A stretch of DNA of 63,246 bases, counting the filler, from Rhabdomonas costata (taxonomy: Eukaryota), in the NCBI GenBank assembly GCA_019059605.1. It is 40 parts of 40 records of this genome, joined end to end, with 100 filler letters (N's around TTAATTAATTAA, not from the genome) between each part and the next. Parts side by side here need not be neighbours in the genome. Positions count along the whole stretch, not along the records: positions 11,080 to 12,597 come from JAHMHO010014779.1; positions 12,698 to 14,181 come from JAHMHO010014780.1; positions 14,282 to 15,765 come from JAHMHO010014781.1; positions 15,866 to 17,349 come from JAHMHO010014782.1; positions 17,450 to 18,933 come from JAHMHO010014783.1; positions 19,034 to 20,517 come from JAHMHO010014784.1; positions 20,618 to 22,101 come from JAHMHO010014785.1; positions 22,202 to 23,682 come from JAHMHO010014786.1; 32 more parts are not named here. The stretch is one strand, 5' to 3'. The notes beneath the pieces were generated by a model that was given only the letters and a program-made list of their open reading frames with translations, had not been told where the DNA came from and did not search any database. The translations under genes and the position numbers were made by a program. Shown here piece by piece: positions 11,209 to 23,993 of the stretch (the stretch's first letter is position 1; each line of letters opens with the position of its first letter).

Positions 11209-11945
11209 TGTGTTTTGAGGAGATTTTAAATGTTCTCGGAATTTTTCTTGGGTAGAGAAATCAACAACTGAACACGGAACGCAAAGAAACATTGCGAAAG
11301 GAAAGGTGGTTGGGGGCGCAGGAGAGGAGGTGTGTGCGAGGTAAGTTTCAGATGTTTCTGTGCAAAATGTAACACGCAACTACAGCGGGGTTATTCACTG
11401 CGCTCCACGGGGCTCTTACGGAGATCTCGGCGGGGCTTCCCCTTCTTTTGCCTCCCCACAACAGGCAGTCACTCACACACGCTTCAGGGTCCGTGCGTTT
11501 ATGAGGGGTTCACCATTTTGAAAAAAAAAATAATGGATCAACTGCGGATTTTTTTTCTTGAAGAAAAAGTGTGATTGCAGCAGCAAAGCATTGAGGGCGG
11601 TTGTGCGCTTCAAAGAAAAGAATCGAAAAACAATTTTAAAACGAAATAGAGTTTTTAACCAATAGGCTGAACGTTTAACCTTCCCTTCCACTATTGTTCC
11701 TTGAGGCAGTTCCTTGCGCATGGCTGCGGGATACACCCCTTGGATAACCTGAACACCGAGGACACGCAGATGTGGTGGGGTGAGAGGCTTCCTTTGTCCC
11801 TCCGCTCATCACCTGCTTTCGCCTCTCTCCAACCTGCCTTTTCTGATGCGAAAGTTCAAACATTTCGAAAGCAAACGGCAAACGGCAATGTTTGATATTT
11901 TCGCTATTGTTCAGTTCTTTTTTTCCTCTTTTCTTGTGGGTTACA

Positions 11946-12221
11946 ATGGAGCAAGTTGAGCCCCCACCCTGTTTGCAGATTTGGGACGAGGAAATGAAGC
12001 CACTCCTTTTACGGCAGATGTCCCTGGTTGTTGAGGTGCACATTGCCACCGCTTTTGTGACCTTGTCGGCGGTTGTGGTCAACAACACTGGACGGCGCCA
12101 GAACTGCATGCTGGTTCTTCCCATGGAGGAAACCCGTACAGTCACCAAAACAGAAGTGCAAATTCGACAACGCATCATTGAGACTGTAGTTGTCTCAACT
12201 GAAGATGCTCAAAAAAGCACG
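11946..12221 (+). CDS. VIT-domain protein (VIT-vWA type), first coding exon
   Basis: MEQVEPPP...LLLRQMSLVVEVHIATAFVTLSAVVVNNTGRRQNCMLVLPMEETRTVTKTEVQIRQRIIETVVVSTEDAQ fits the VIT pattern; ends at ACG|GTAAGG. Confidence 0.75.
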
Positions 12222-12787
12222 GTAAGGATTGCAACTTTTTCTCTGTGTCTGTGTGTGTCTGCGTGCCAATGAGTCTGTCTGTGCGCGCCATGTTTTTTAC
12301 CCTTCCTAACGCGGTTTTCTTTTCCTTTCCTTTCTTCATCTTTTTCATCGTTAAAAGGCCCCTTTGAGAAAGCAATCGTCCATTTCTCCTGCATTTTCAG
12401 ACACGACGAGGTGGGTAAAACTGGGAAAGTGATGTTCAGAGTCTATTTGAGATTACTGTGTTCAATCAGCGTTGGTAACTGTCCGATGGAGTCAAATTAC
12501 GGACAAAGGGAATCAGCCGGAGTGAAATGATTGTTGTGGCAAATATGGTGCCTTGATACTTCATTTTCATCAACACCTTGCAAGCCCACCCCCCCCCNNN
12601 NNNNNNNNNNNNNNNNNNNNNNNNNNNNNNNNNNNNNNNNNTTAATTAATTAANNNNNNNNNNNNNNNNNNNNNNNNNNNNNNNNNNNNNNNNNNNNGTT
12701 TCTTGTGTTACACGTCCATTTTCAGTGCTTGTGCTTTTTTCCGTGTTTTCTTTTTTCTTTTTCCACTGTGCTGTGTCCTTGTTAACA

Positions 12788-13308
12788 ATGTTTTCCTCCA
12801 CTCGGACCTCTTTTCCGGACCCTTCCGAGGCCTGCCGAAGGGCCTTTTCCCACATTCACTCGCTGAAGGTCCTGCTGACGGTCTCCTTCATTGCATTGAT
12901 GGTCATCGCAGGGTTCCTGGGGTTCTACCTGACCTACGTGCAAAGCCAGCAGAGCTTGCGGGACATCGCGCAGGTTGACATGCAGGAAGCCACTCAGAGT
13001 GTGATGGACCTGATCGTCTCCAAGGTGCAGATTGGGCACCAGATGAACTTCGTGGAGTCACTGTACTTCAAGCGCGCGGGGCTGCGGCTGGACGACTTCG
13101 CGAACGCGTGGAAGGTTTGGAGGCCGCTGACCCTTCCCAACATCGTCAGTGTGGAGGGGACGTACATCTGGACGGTGCTGCTGTGGCCGGGGAACCCCGG
13201 GCCAGCGCGATGCATGGCCTGGAATCCCACCGGGGGGATCTCCGTGTTCTGCTCCTTCAACGCCACGGTGTGCGGCAACACGGCGACGTTTCCGGGCAGC
13301 AACTGCAG
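12788..13308 (+). CDS. N-terminal TM helix and extracellular sensor region of a receptor-type cyclase-like membrane protein
   Basis: SLKVLLTVSFIALMVIAGFLGFYLTYVQSQQSLRDIAQ: TM helix followed by a long helix, as in Cache-type sensors; GC3-rich; ends at CAG|GT. Confidence 0.6.
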
Positions 13309-16300
13309 GTCTGACTGCCCGTTCCCCCCTGTGACGCCTGTCGCGCGTGAAGCTCTGTGCTGCTTGGAAGTCCGGCATCCGGACTTATGATTGTACCTTG
13401 TGGTTGTGCTGGTTCGCATGCACTCCGGCCCCCTCCTGCCTTTTGCCCAAGCGCGAAGCTCTGCGCTTCAAAGGGAGCCGAGGGGTTTCGAAGTCGGACC
13501 TTACTGCCTCGCATCAGTTGAGGAGCTTGGTGGCAGAGCTACAAAAAATATATAAGGGAAGAGATCAATGTCTTCCGGGCAGGACGCGTGCACCCATCTC
13601 GCATCTCCGTTCTGACCCCGGTGCCTCACGCCCCTAAAAAACCGAATCACAGAACCCTCACCACAGCCGCAACCCAAACACACAACATTCCGACCCCTCC
13701 CGTTAACACATTGGCATTCCCCATACAATATACACGTATGCCTGCCACCCGCCCACCAAATGTGCATAATAGAAACCCTGTGAATACTGCCTTTCGGCTG
13801 TGCACTGCACACTGTTGCCTGCGGTTGTTTCTTTCTTAGTTTGGGGCAAAACGGAAGTTTTCGGAAGAAATCACAAATAGAAAGGGCCAAGCTGAGCAAA
13901 CAAAAAAAGACAGTTTTTTCCCTGCAGGACTGATTGATTATTGCAACCTGGCGGTTTTGTGCGAAAACTTCCACTTTGCCCAGTGGCAAGAAGCAACCAC
14001 GGATTGTGCTGTGCGCAGCCTAAAGGCAGCGCTACCAAGAGGGGAGGGCGGCAGGGGTACGGCAGGTGTTGTTTTGAGCCAAGATATAAATCAAGGTTTA
14101 AAGCAGGAGTGATTGAATTGTTGCAGTGGCTGCAGTGGGGGTCCTGCTTTAAACCTTGATTTATATCTTGGCCCAAAACAANNNNNNNNNNNNNNNNNNN
14201 NNNNNNNNNNNNNNNNNNNNNNNNNTTAATTAATTAANNNNNNNNNNNNNNNNNNNNNNNNNNNNNNNNNNNNNNNNNNNNTTGTTGTTGTTCAGTGCGC
14301 CTGCTTTCCTTTTTCCTTGTGAACGATATCAATTGGGGATTCGCTTTTTACTGTTCAGTGAAAACGGCCACGATGGATTTCTCGCCCTCTTCCCCGCAAG
14401 GCGGGTATGCTACTGCAATAAGTTGTTGTTTTGGTGGGATTTCTCTATTGTTTTTTTTTTGCGACTCTTTACTGCTGATTTAGTAGCCGTTTTGCTCTGT
14501 TTGCTCTGGGGTGCCTCGTCGACGTAGCGTCGAAGGTTCACCTCTAAGCGTTTATAATCCCCACAGGCCTTTTTGTGTAGCCCTGTGCATTTTGTGGCGT
14601 GTGTGTGTGCGGGTACGGGGCGCTAAGAATGAGAAAGAGAAAGAAGAATTAACCTGCTTGAATGGTGGCTGCTGTGTTGATGTGTGGAGGAACACTGCAT
14701 CTGAGGATTTGATTTCTCCGGCACGCTGACTTCTCACAGGGGGGAGAGGAAGCTTCCTCAGGAGCTTTGGAGAATCGTCCGGGTGGCGCTGCGCTCCGGG
14801 TTCTGGCTTTTGCTCTTCCCTGCTTGTTTTTCTTTTGCCTGCTCGGGCGTGGTCCTGCTCGGGAATGCTATGGAATGGGATGATATTTGTTGCTGTGGAA
14901 CCACCATGTGGCATAAGCAATTGAGCCGCCATTTCTTGAAGCTTTGATAGTGATATCAACAAATGGTGTGATTTCCGCTCTCCTTTCCGTTTGCTTTAAG
15001 ACCAGGGCAGATGTCAGTGGTGCGTCGTTGTGATGTTGGAGGAACTAATGGTCTCTGGATCATATTCCAAAAGACTATGCATTTTTCCATTTCGCCCTTT
15101 CTCCGTGTTGCTTTCCTTTTCACCCGTGATGCAGGCTGACTTCGCAGCTGTTTTTGATGGAACAGCTGCAGGAGTTCGCAGACACGTTGGGGTACTCGCT
15201 GTACTCTCACCAGCACCTCCACAGTGGGGAGCCCTACCCCTTTGTGATGCCCCGAGCGCTGTTCAAGTAGCCGCTTTCCCCCTTTCTTCATCCTTTATGT
15301 GCCTCCAACGTACCAATTCGATTAAAAACCGACGCCCTTGGCTTATGATGGCCTCGAAAAGCAAAACAGTTGAACCAACATCATCGCTTGTTGAGCATGG
15401 AATTCAACAGCTGGTTTTACTTTTGGCATCTCAGAATCCAGTTGAAACATCCGCGTTGTATCAGGGTTTGTATCAGGGTTCAACTTTTTTGCACTGCTGT
15501 TTTTTTACTTTGTTTCTCAGGCATGGCATTTTCATTCTACCCTCTTTTTGCTTTTATTGTTCTGATGATGTTCTGGCAGGGCTTTCGGACGCTCCTTTCT
15601 GAGGGAGTGCCGGCATCTTGGCCTGGAAAACGACGACGGTGTGGTGATTCCCCTCAGTTTATGTCCTTTTCTCGCTGTCGGGGGTGTCTCCTGTATCCAC
15701 AGTGAAGCAATGGGCAGAATATTAAGTCGGCAAGCCCTGCCAGAACATCATCAGAACAAAAACAANNNNNNNNNNNNNNNNNNNNNNNNNNNNNNNNNNN
15801 NNNNNNNNNTTAATTAATTAANNNNNNNNNNNNNNNNNNNNNNNNNNNNNNNNNNNNNNNNNNNNTTGTGGGGCCCTGAAAGGATCTGGGTGTTTTTCTC
15901 TGACGCACCGATTCGTGCGCTTGTCCTGTTTGGCTTGAACACCTCGCAGCACCAGCTGCTCCGTGGCCAAGCCTGTGTGGTGCTCTTGCTTCGATTTTAA
16001 TTCATCTTCGCTCGATGGGTGGTTGGATGGGGGCTTTCACATTAAGGTTTGTGTCGCTGTCATTGCTTGTTTGCGCAGAATGCATGGTACATTCTGCGCA
16101 AACAAGGTTCATTTTAGGTGTCAACCGTTGATTGTCTCCTTTTTTTGTGACATGAAAATTTCTGTTATGCCGAGGAGTTTTTCTATTTGGACAGATGTGC
16201 AAGTGGTTGGTTTTTGCCTGTGAAACTGACCTTTTTGGCGTATCCACATTCCACCGCTAGCTATTGCTCGCAAGGACAATCTGTTGCATTTAGTAACTTG

Positions 16301-16452
16301 AAATTATGGCTTTAAATTATTTTCTGTGTGTGTGTGTGTGTGTGTGCTTTTGCGCGTTGTGTCTCGAAGCGTTTTTCTCGGTTAATGCAGACATTTTTAC
16401 TGTCTGTTAGTGGTTGCCTGTCATCTTATAGCAGTGAAAGGTGTGCCAAGTG

Positions 16453-17349
16453 ATGGAGAGCACCTCGGGTGCGAAAGGCACTACGGTGGCTCCCTCGGAG
16501 CCTGAAGTTCATGTAGCCACCGCCGCCGAACTCTTCCCGGCGCATGCGTACCCCCCAGTGGCGTCGATTTTCTTCAAAATATGGACTTCCCTGGATCCCA
16601 CTGATTCCACCCCAGAGTCTCCCTACCCCAGTCCAGATGCATACATCCAGCGCTCCTCCTTCATCCGGTTCTACTCGCTGTGCGCCACGGCCATGTACAC
16701 GAACCTGCCCATTCCCAGAGCCCAGATCGTCGCGGAAACTGTGTGCCGGGAGTACTCGGCAGACACCGGGGTATTCACTTTCCAAAGTCTTTTGGATGTG
16801 TTTCAGCATGATTACAAGTGGGTGTACTGCCCCGCGCACGACCCCTCGGTGGCCAAGCCTCTCGATGGGTTCGTTCAAGATCTGTGGGACACAGTGACTG
16901 AATCTCCGAAGGGTGAGGGTTCGCCAGATAGCGTGAACTTTCGTGAGATCTCTTCAGTTTTCCCTATGAAGTGGGCTCGGGCTTACCCGGAGGAGGCTTT
17001 CAACGAAGATAGCTATTACTCAGACGAAGAAGAGCACCAGTACTTCCGCCGTCGTCCTGAAAACCGTTTCCTGGTTCTAAGCTCTCCAGGAGCCGATGTT
17101 GGCGCCGAGCTCTCAGGGTGGCTTGCTCAAGAATTCCGGTGTGTCAACACTGATGTGTACGTCAGAGCGCAGCAGGAGCTCCAGGACGAAAGCGACTTGG
17201 GCCAAGAGCTCAAAGAGGCCTTACAGCAAGACAACCAGACCATTCCCGTGGCTACCCAAGCTGAGATCCTGCGACGATCGGTCTGCGATACAGCTGACGT
17301 GCCCTACCGAGGGTATGTCTTCCATGACGTCCTGTCTTACCACAACCCC
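16453..17349 (+). CDS. Adenylate kinase 9-like protein, N-terminal part (3' truncated)
   Basis: ~300-codon open frame. DEEEHQYFRRRPENRFLVLSSPGA...LAQEFRC...ESDLGQELKEALQQDNQTIP...YRGYVF resembles the first AK domain of AK9. Confidence 0.7.
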
Positions 17350-17689
17350 NNNNNNNNNNNNNNNNNNNNNNNNNNNNNNNNNNNNNNNNNNNNTTAATTA
17401 ATTAANNNNNNNNNNNNNNNNNNNNNNNNNNNNNNNNNNNNNNNNNNNNTTTGTTGCCCCCCGAGTTTTAAGACAAAAAATTTCGACCGTTTAATGATGT
17501 TGAACGTTTCACCCCCCCCCCCCCATACAACATACTCGGAATGAGCTGAATTTTTCCAAATTTGGGTTGATTGCAGAAAAAAACATTCCCTTGAGTCAGT
17601 GGTTTGTGTTTAAGGTGTCAGAAATTTCCTGGGGGGATGGTATGGTATGGTATGTGTGTGTGGAAAGGGAAGTGGTATGGGGAACAAGG

Positions 17690-18620
17690 CCTGCAGGGAG
17701 GGACCCAAAGGGTTCTCCGGGGCCGCTTCAGAGGATGCGGCCTTCACCCCGCACAGCTCGTACAACGGGAACCGCCCAATCTCGCAGTCGTATATGTGGG
17801 CAAGCTTGAGGCGAAACGCGGACTCCACCTGCGCACACAGACGCCATGGAAGTACGCTTGGGGCATGGAGAACCTCATGGACACTGTTCCTGTTCCGAAC
17901 GGCATCAAACGACAAGCGCATTTTGCCTAGCCTGTTCCATACGACAGTGACACACTTTCCTTGCTTCGCAGCCCGCCGATCGAATCGAATCGAGAAACAT
18001 TCCCACACCATTTAGAACAAGCGGGATTTCTGCATTCACAAAAGGGCCCCCCGCCATACGTGGGTGCGCAGCGCGTGGTTCACCAGAACGTTCGTGCCCA
18101 GGGCAGCGTGGAGGGCCGAGTCAGCCATCTTCCAGGCCTTTGCAAAAAAACACCGAAAAGTAATGCTCACAAAAGGAAAGGTCGCCAGCCAGGGTGTCAC
18201 GACGACAGGTCGGCAGGGACGTACAGGCGTCTGTTTGGGATAAGGCCTAACGTAACACTTGACTAAAATACGCTTTTAGGGAGCGTCTGGCCGCTGCTGA
18301 GCTCGCTCACGCCGGAGCCACCGGCACCGTGTTCGTAAGGCTGTTGAAGCCTTGGAGCAACGCGAGGCAGAGTCCACCGGTAAGCATTTGCGACACCGAA
18401 CTGGACAGCACGCGAACACTGAAAGCAGGGAAGCCCGAAAGAGACAAGCAACCATTGTCATGGCGTGGCCAATCACAAGGAAGGCCCCGTGGTTCTCGTC
18501 GCTGATCGTGCCCGCCGCGCCGCCACCACGAGCAAGCCCAATGGTGCAGTCAATATCCTGAACAGCCCCTCCCCCCTCACCCCTACCCAGGCGCATCCAA
18601 TCGCGTTTTTTGTCATTCAT
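17690..18620 (-). CDS. Multi-exon fragment of an unknown protein
   Basis: Several GC-rich AG/GT-flanked open segments (AVQDIDCTIGLARGGG...FLVIGHAMTM; AWKMADSALHAALGTNVLVNHALRTH; VESAFRLKLAHIYDCEIGRFPLYELCG). No family recognised. Confidence 0.4.
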
Positions 18621-19427
18621 GGGTCGGCCAGCGTTGTCGCTGCTGTGTGACTCTGTGTGACTTCGTCACTTTTCTCCTTCGTCGGATTCGATCTTTTCTT
18701 TTTTTCTGGGCGGATGTGACACCTCATTTTGGTGTGCGTATGTGTGGGGAGGTGTAGGGTAAACACGGCAAACAGCAGGTGCAGGGTACCCCGAACCCGG
18801 AACCCTGGGTGGGCCATGGTGGTGCTGGGTCGTGCAGGGGAACTGGGCTGGGGGTACCCTGCACCTGCTGTTTGCCGTGTTTACCCTACACCTCCCCACA
18901 CATACGCACACCAAAATGAGGTGCCACACCCCCNNNNNNNNNNNNNNNNNNNNNNNNNNNNNNNNNNNNNNNNNNNNTTAATTAATTAANNNNNNNNNNN
19001 NNNNNNNNNNNNNNNNNNNNNNNNNNNNNNNNNTTTGTTTGAGGATGATGAGCATAATTGGGATTCAGTGCTTACTGCACAGCTACATCATCAAGCAACT
19101 CGCAGTCAAAGAATAGAAGAGGAAGTAGCCACCCCAAAATAGTCGGCCAAAGCACAAGCAAACCTCACATCTTTGGCAAATGAATAGACTGAATAGATTT
19201 GCATGGCGGCTCTGCCAAAAGCAAGGGCTCAGTATGCAGGCATGCACAGGTGCAAAAAGTGCCCGTCCAGGTGAGACCTCAGATGGAGGCTGCTGGAAGA
19301 CCTCCCACAGCTACTACAAGAACTAAAGATACACACATGGGGTCTGGGGTAAGTCAACAAAGGCACAATGCGAGCGAGGAGGAAGAGGGATAGGGGCTGG
19401 GTGGAAAATGCAATGTGCGTCGGGGAC

Positions 19428-19748
19428 CCCATGCACGCAAAGAGCCGTGAAAACGCCGCTGCGCAACCGGCTCTGCACGGATTCCACGCTGGCGTGGTAG
19501 CATCTCTCATGTACACCCACACGCCTGCGCAGACAGGGGCAGCTCAACTGCATACCCTCCCCGCAGCCAATCATCTTATGCTTCACCACCTCAATCACCT
19601 CGGCGTACTCCTCGCGGGTGGTGTCGTAGGCCAGCGGGAGCTCCTCCCCTTCGGAGGTTCGGGCCTGCCTGCCCGCCTGCTCCGGCCCACCGCCGCCGCC
19701 GCGGGGCTCCAGCTCAATGGGCTCGTCGTGAACACTCCGCCGAAAGTC
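19428..19748 (-). CDS. Two exons (19748-19556, 19524-19428) of an unknown protein, separated by a 31-nt intron
   Basis: DFRRSVHDEPIELE...EEYAEVIEVVKHKMIGCGE/GVWVYMRDATT; GTATGC...CTGCGCAG intron with a matching phase-1 junction. Confidence 0.5.
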
Positions 19749-22700
19749 CTAATTGGAGATTGGAGAAAGTCTTAATTGGAACACTATTGGGGACCGTTGG
19801 GTCTGTTCGTTCGCGTTTTATCCCATTGTTCAAAGTCCGGCGCAGAAATATGGCAGCACAGAAAGTAAGAGGAGAAGAGTACAGGAAAACACGGGAGACT
19901 AGCACACTTGTGGGAGAGGCATGTGGAGCAGGCGAATGGGAAATGTCGGTTTTGTGTTCAGGGTAGGTGACGGATAGAGGACGGGGAAACAGTAAGAGGC
20001 CGGGGGGGGGCGCTTACGGCCGCTTTCCAATCAAAGATTAGATTGGGGTGGGAGAAATGCACCCACCACCGTAAAACGAAACAAAAACAGTATCAACTAG
20101 TGCAGCGTGCAGGCACCCTCTACACAGAACGTGCAGGTACCACTCTCATAACACAGAACGTGCAGCGTCCATCCGGGGCCGCAACGAAGAAAGTAACTCG
20201 TGGCCAAGAAGGGTATTCTGGCTCTTTCTCTCAGGTAAGCCGATATCTCCCGATTAAATTGGGATCTAAATGGGATCTTGAAAGTGGACGTCATTTGGAA
20301 CCTCAAAGGGACTCAAAAGTGCAATGGTGGAACGACAGCACGAGGAGAAAGAGAAGGAGGTAGCGCCGCATGAGGGAGGCGTGTGTTTGTATGTGTGGAA
20401 AACTATCAAAAAGAATTCGCTGCCAAACAGCCTAGCACGGCTCGGAAAAATAAAATGGGGGAGGGCATGTATACGGCCATTACCACCTGAACCAACCCCC
20501 CCCAAACACACCCACACNNNNNNNNNNNNNNNNNNNNNNNNNNNNNNNNNNNNNNNNNNNNTTAATTAATTAANNNNNNNNNNNNNNNNNNNNNNNNNNN
20601 NNNNNNNNNNNNNNNNNGTGGGTGTGTTTGGGGTTGGTGGTCGAGGGTCAGAAAGAAAAAACAACTCAACAGAGCAGAACATGCTCACAAGAAGGGTCAA
20701 GGTAGTGGGCAACAAACAGAAAGAAGTGGAAAGTAAGATGAAGCAATCAGTTGTGTAACGTCTCACTCACAGCTGAAACACCCACCTGAGGCAAATGGTG
20801 GGCGTTTGGCTCCCTTTTGATGGGGATTGCGCTCAGCCTTCTTTAGTCTGCCGTCCACTCTAATCTGCTGTCGAGTCCAACTTGAAAGATGCAGCAAAGC
20901 ACGCGGGGCTTTTCGAAGGCAGCTTCACTCACGCATGTGGAGCCAACCGAAACCGAAAAGGGTTCCACAGCAAAGGGAGGATGAAAAACCCCCTCCCTGG
21001 GTGGAGGGCGGTGATCACCCATACCTCGCCACGCACGAGGGCGTACTCCACAGGGTTCTTAGTCTCTCCACTGGATCAAGGCATCATTCTGGCCCTGCAT
21101 CTTGTACTGAGGTGTTGCCATTGTTGTCATGGCATATTATCTATTATCTGTATTCAGTGACGGTTTGATGGATTACAGAGCAAATTTTTATAACATGGGC
21201 TATCTGCACAAATCTATCAAGCACGTCAATTGGCACGTCGATATTTTCGAGCCTTTGTTATTGGCAGCGTTTGTTTGGTGGCACAGTAAATCACCACGTG
21301 GAGGCTATGTATCAGCGCCTTCTACGTGGCTGCTTTTTTAATGATGGAGCTCTTCACGCTTTCCGTTTGGACGACTGAAATGTATCTTGGTGTGCTTTTG
21401 TCTCACGTTTTCTTGTGTACTGTGGGGTACAATAATGGACTGGGAACTTAATTTTTCAGCAAGGGTTTTGCCTCCATGGGATTTGGTAGAAGTTGCAGAA
21501 AAACACTTGCACGAGTTTCACCAACGGACACTCTTTCCGCGCACTCCAAGGTATCCATGTGGGCCCCGATCTTTTGAGGGCCAAGTCAGCATCAACAAGT
21601 GCAACGCTGAGTGGCACCGGAGTGGCCTTGCATGGTGTCATCCATGAAACTTATATACATCTGTTCCGGCAATCAGTCCAGTGTAATTTATCGTGGACTT
21701 GTGATGTAATTACCTCAAGTACTTGGTGCCGCTCAGCGCGTGCAGGTGAGAAAGTCACACAATAAATGAGTTAAACTCCGAGAAGCGTAGACACAGCGCT
21801 TTTCATATCCAAAAAAGTTCCTGTTATGTAACAGCGGATGCAAATAGCTTTGGGAAGAGTTCACTCACAGACTTTCTCGGTGAGAATTACTTACACAGAG
21901 TTAGTTTCCAAAAGGTGCATTAGCCCATCCGGAACAACACCATTTGAAGGAAAACACTCAAAGATTTTTCGACACAGCAAACAGAATTTTGTGTACATCA
22001 TTTGCCATTTTTCAGTCACCAAAGAACGATAGAGCACCAAACACAAATATGGCGACCCATCAGTAGTCATGAGCCAAAATAAGAATCCACACAAAAAATA
22101 GNNNNNNNNNNNNNNNNNNNNNNNNNNNNNNNNNNNNNNNNNNNNTTAATTAATTAANNNNNNNNNNNNNNNNNNNNNNNNNNNNNNNNNNNNNNNNNNN
22201 NGGGGGTTTGTGAACAAGTGTGACGTAGGAGGGACATGAACACTAAAATTAGCGTAGCAATTGTGAGAGTGAATGTGACGACTGAATCGGCCAAGTTACT
22301 GCTGAGTCTTGACGGTTGAGATCTCAGCATCTACTCTTCACCACACCAGGTGTTGTCATATTGAGTAGTTGTCTCACGGTCATCAGGTCATCATCCATGT
22401 GCCCTGCCTCTACGCGCAAACATCTCTCACTCTACGCATCATGGTTAGTGTCGGTGACTTTCACCCTCTCACGTTGGACGCTTGGCTCCGCTTGACTATC
22501 CCACCTTTCAAATGACATCTCTGGGTGTGGTGGTGCACTTTACACTGTGCATGGCGTGGATCCTGGCAGCACTAAGCACCATCGTACCATCATGTCACGT
22601 GTACATTATGGTGATGGTCGTGACTACCATGGTTGTGTGAAGAAGGCGGTGAGGTGACAATGACATCAAGGGAAGTACATCAACGGTCATGTCGGTCTCT

Positions 22701-23993
22701 GAGACCTTCACTACGCATCAACCCTTCCATTGTGTTTTGGCATCACGGGTACAACGCCATGACCACCGATTGTATCAGAGCTGCAATGATATCACGCCAT
22801 CACAACCACTACACACTAAGGATAACATAACGCACACACGTAAGGAATACAGTACGGTACAACTACGGGCTGGTTAGTGGGTAGGAGTAACGCCACCACC
22901 GCCTGACAGCACCACCGGATCAGAGAGTAAGGTACAACACATCCTACGGTAGGCTACTTACTCCTTTTACATGATGTGCTACATTAGGACATGCCACACA
23001 ACCACCTCCACCACTGAGTGAAGTGACAGGAACATGTTACAACCACCATGGCGAACACCACTGTGCATCGGCAGCCTAACCATGGTGAAGTTCACCCTAC
23101 GCCAACAACTGGTTCGAGTAAACACGGCTACCAACAGTGTAACTGAGCCACTGCGTAGATGTAGAAGCGTGTCTACTACGGTGTTGTGTCTCTGGATACA
23201 TGGTGTCATAAACTTGTGACAACCTGTGAGGTATGCTCAGCCTCACCTCAGCACCTGCACTTGACCAACCTGTGGCGTTCATGCATAGCCTTGGCTCAAC
23301 TGTTACCAACGGCATTCCACGAAGTACTCCACATCTCATTTCCTTGTTTACTCCGTGGAATCTCAGCTTTCCGTGTGTCGTTGGTGTGTTTCCTAGGTCG
23401 TAGCTGTTGCAGAGAGCGCCTCTTGCATTGTCAAACATTCCACATAGGTCTCCTATACAATCACCTCCTCCCCGCTCGACGAAATACACCGTACCCAAAG
23501 AAGCCGGTAACCACCAGGAAGCCCACACAACTACAAACCAAAGAGATTGGAAAGCGCAATAGACATGGTTGACTGAAAAGCGTTTCCGCAAGAACACAGA
23601 ACCAGATACCAACCCAGCACCTACGCATGAACAAGACGCAACCACTCAGCACGACACCCAAACCACTCACACCCACCCAACANNNNNNNNNNNNNNNNNN
23701 NNNNNNNNNNNNNNNNNNNNNNNNNNTTAATTAATTAANNNNNNNNNNNNNNNNNNNNNNNNNNNNNNNNNNNNNNNNNNNNTTTGTGTTTGCTTCGGCG
23801 ACCTCCCTTGTTTCAACTCTGCAGGTTGTGGGGTGGAGGGGGGTGAATGGGTGTTTGTGTGCTGATCTTTGTGATCGTAATGGACGTTCTGATGGGGATG
23901 AGGGTTCTTTCAGAATATTTGTGCAATGTGGAATAGCTACCATTGGACTGGAAGGATGGCTCCGATGAGTTTTGGGGGCGCGGGGTTTCGCAG

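Noticed and set aside
11215..11292. C2H2-like zinc finger MFLCVPCSVVDFSTQEKFREHLKS on the minus strand
   Set aside because: Very short, lacks a properly spaced second His, and runs into a microsatellite.
11680..11748. Possible AIG2/GGCT-like exon VIQGVYPAAMRKELPQGTIVEGK on the minus strand
   Set aside because: Only 23 codons, and no matching neighbouring exons were found.
21129..21647. EXS-like or other membrane-protein fragment (LWGTIMDWEL)
   Set aside because: One short motif in broken frames, not enough for a family call.
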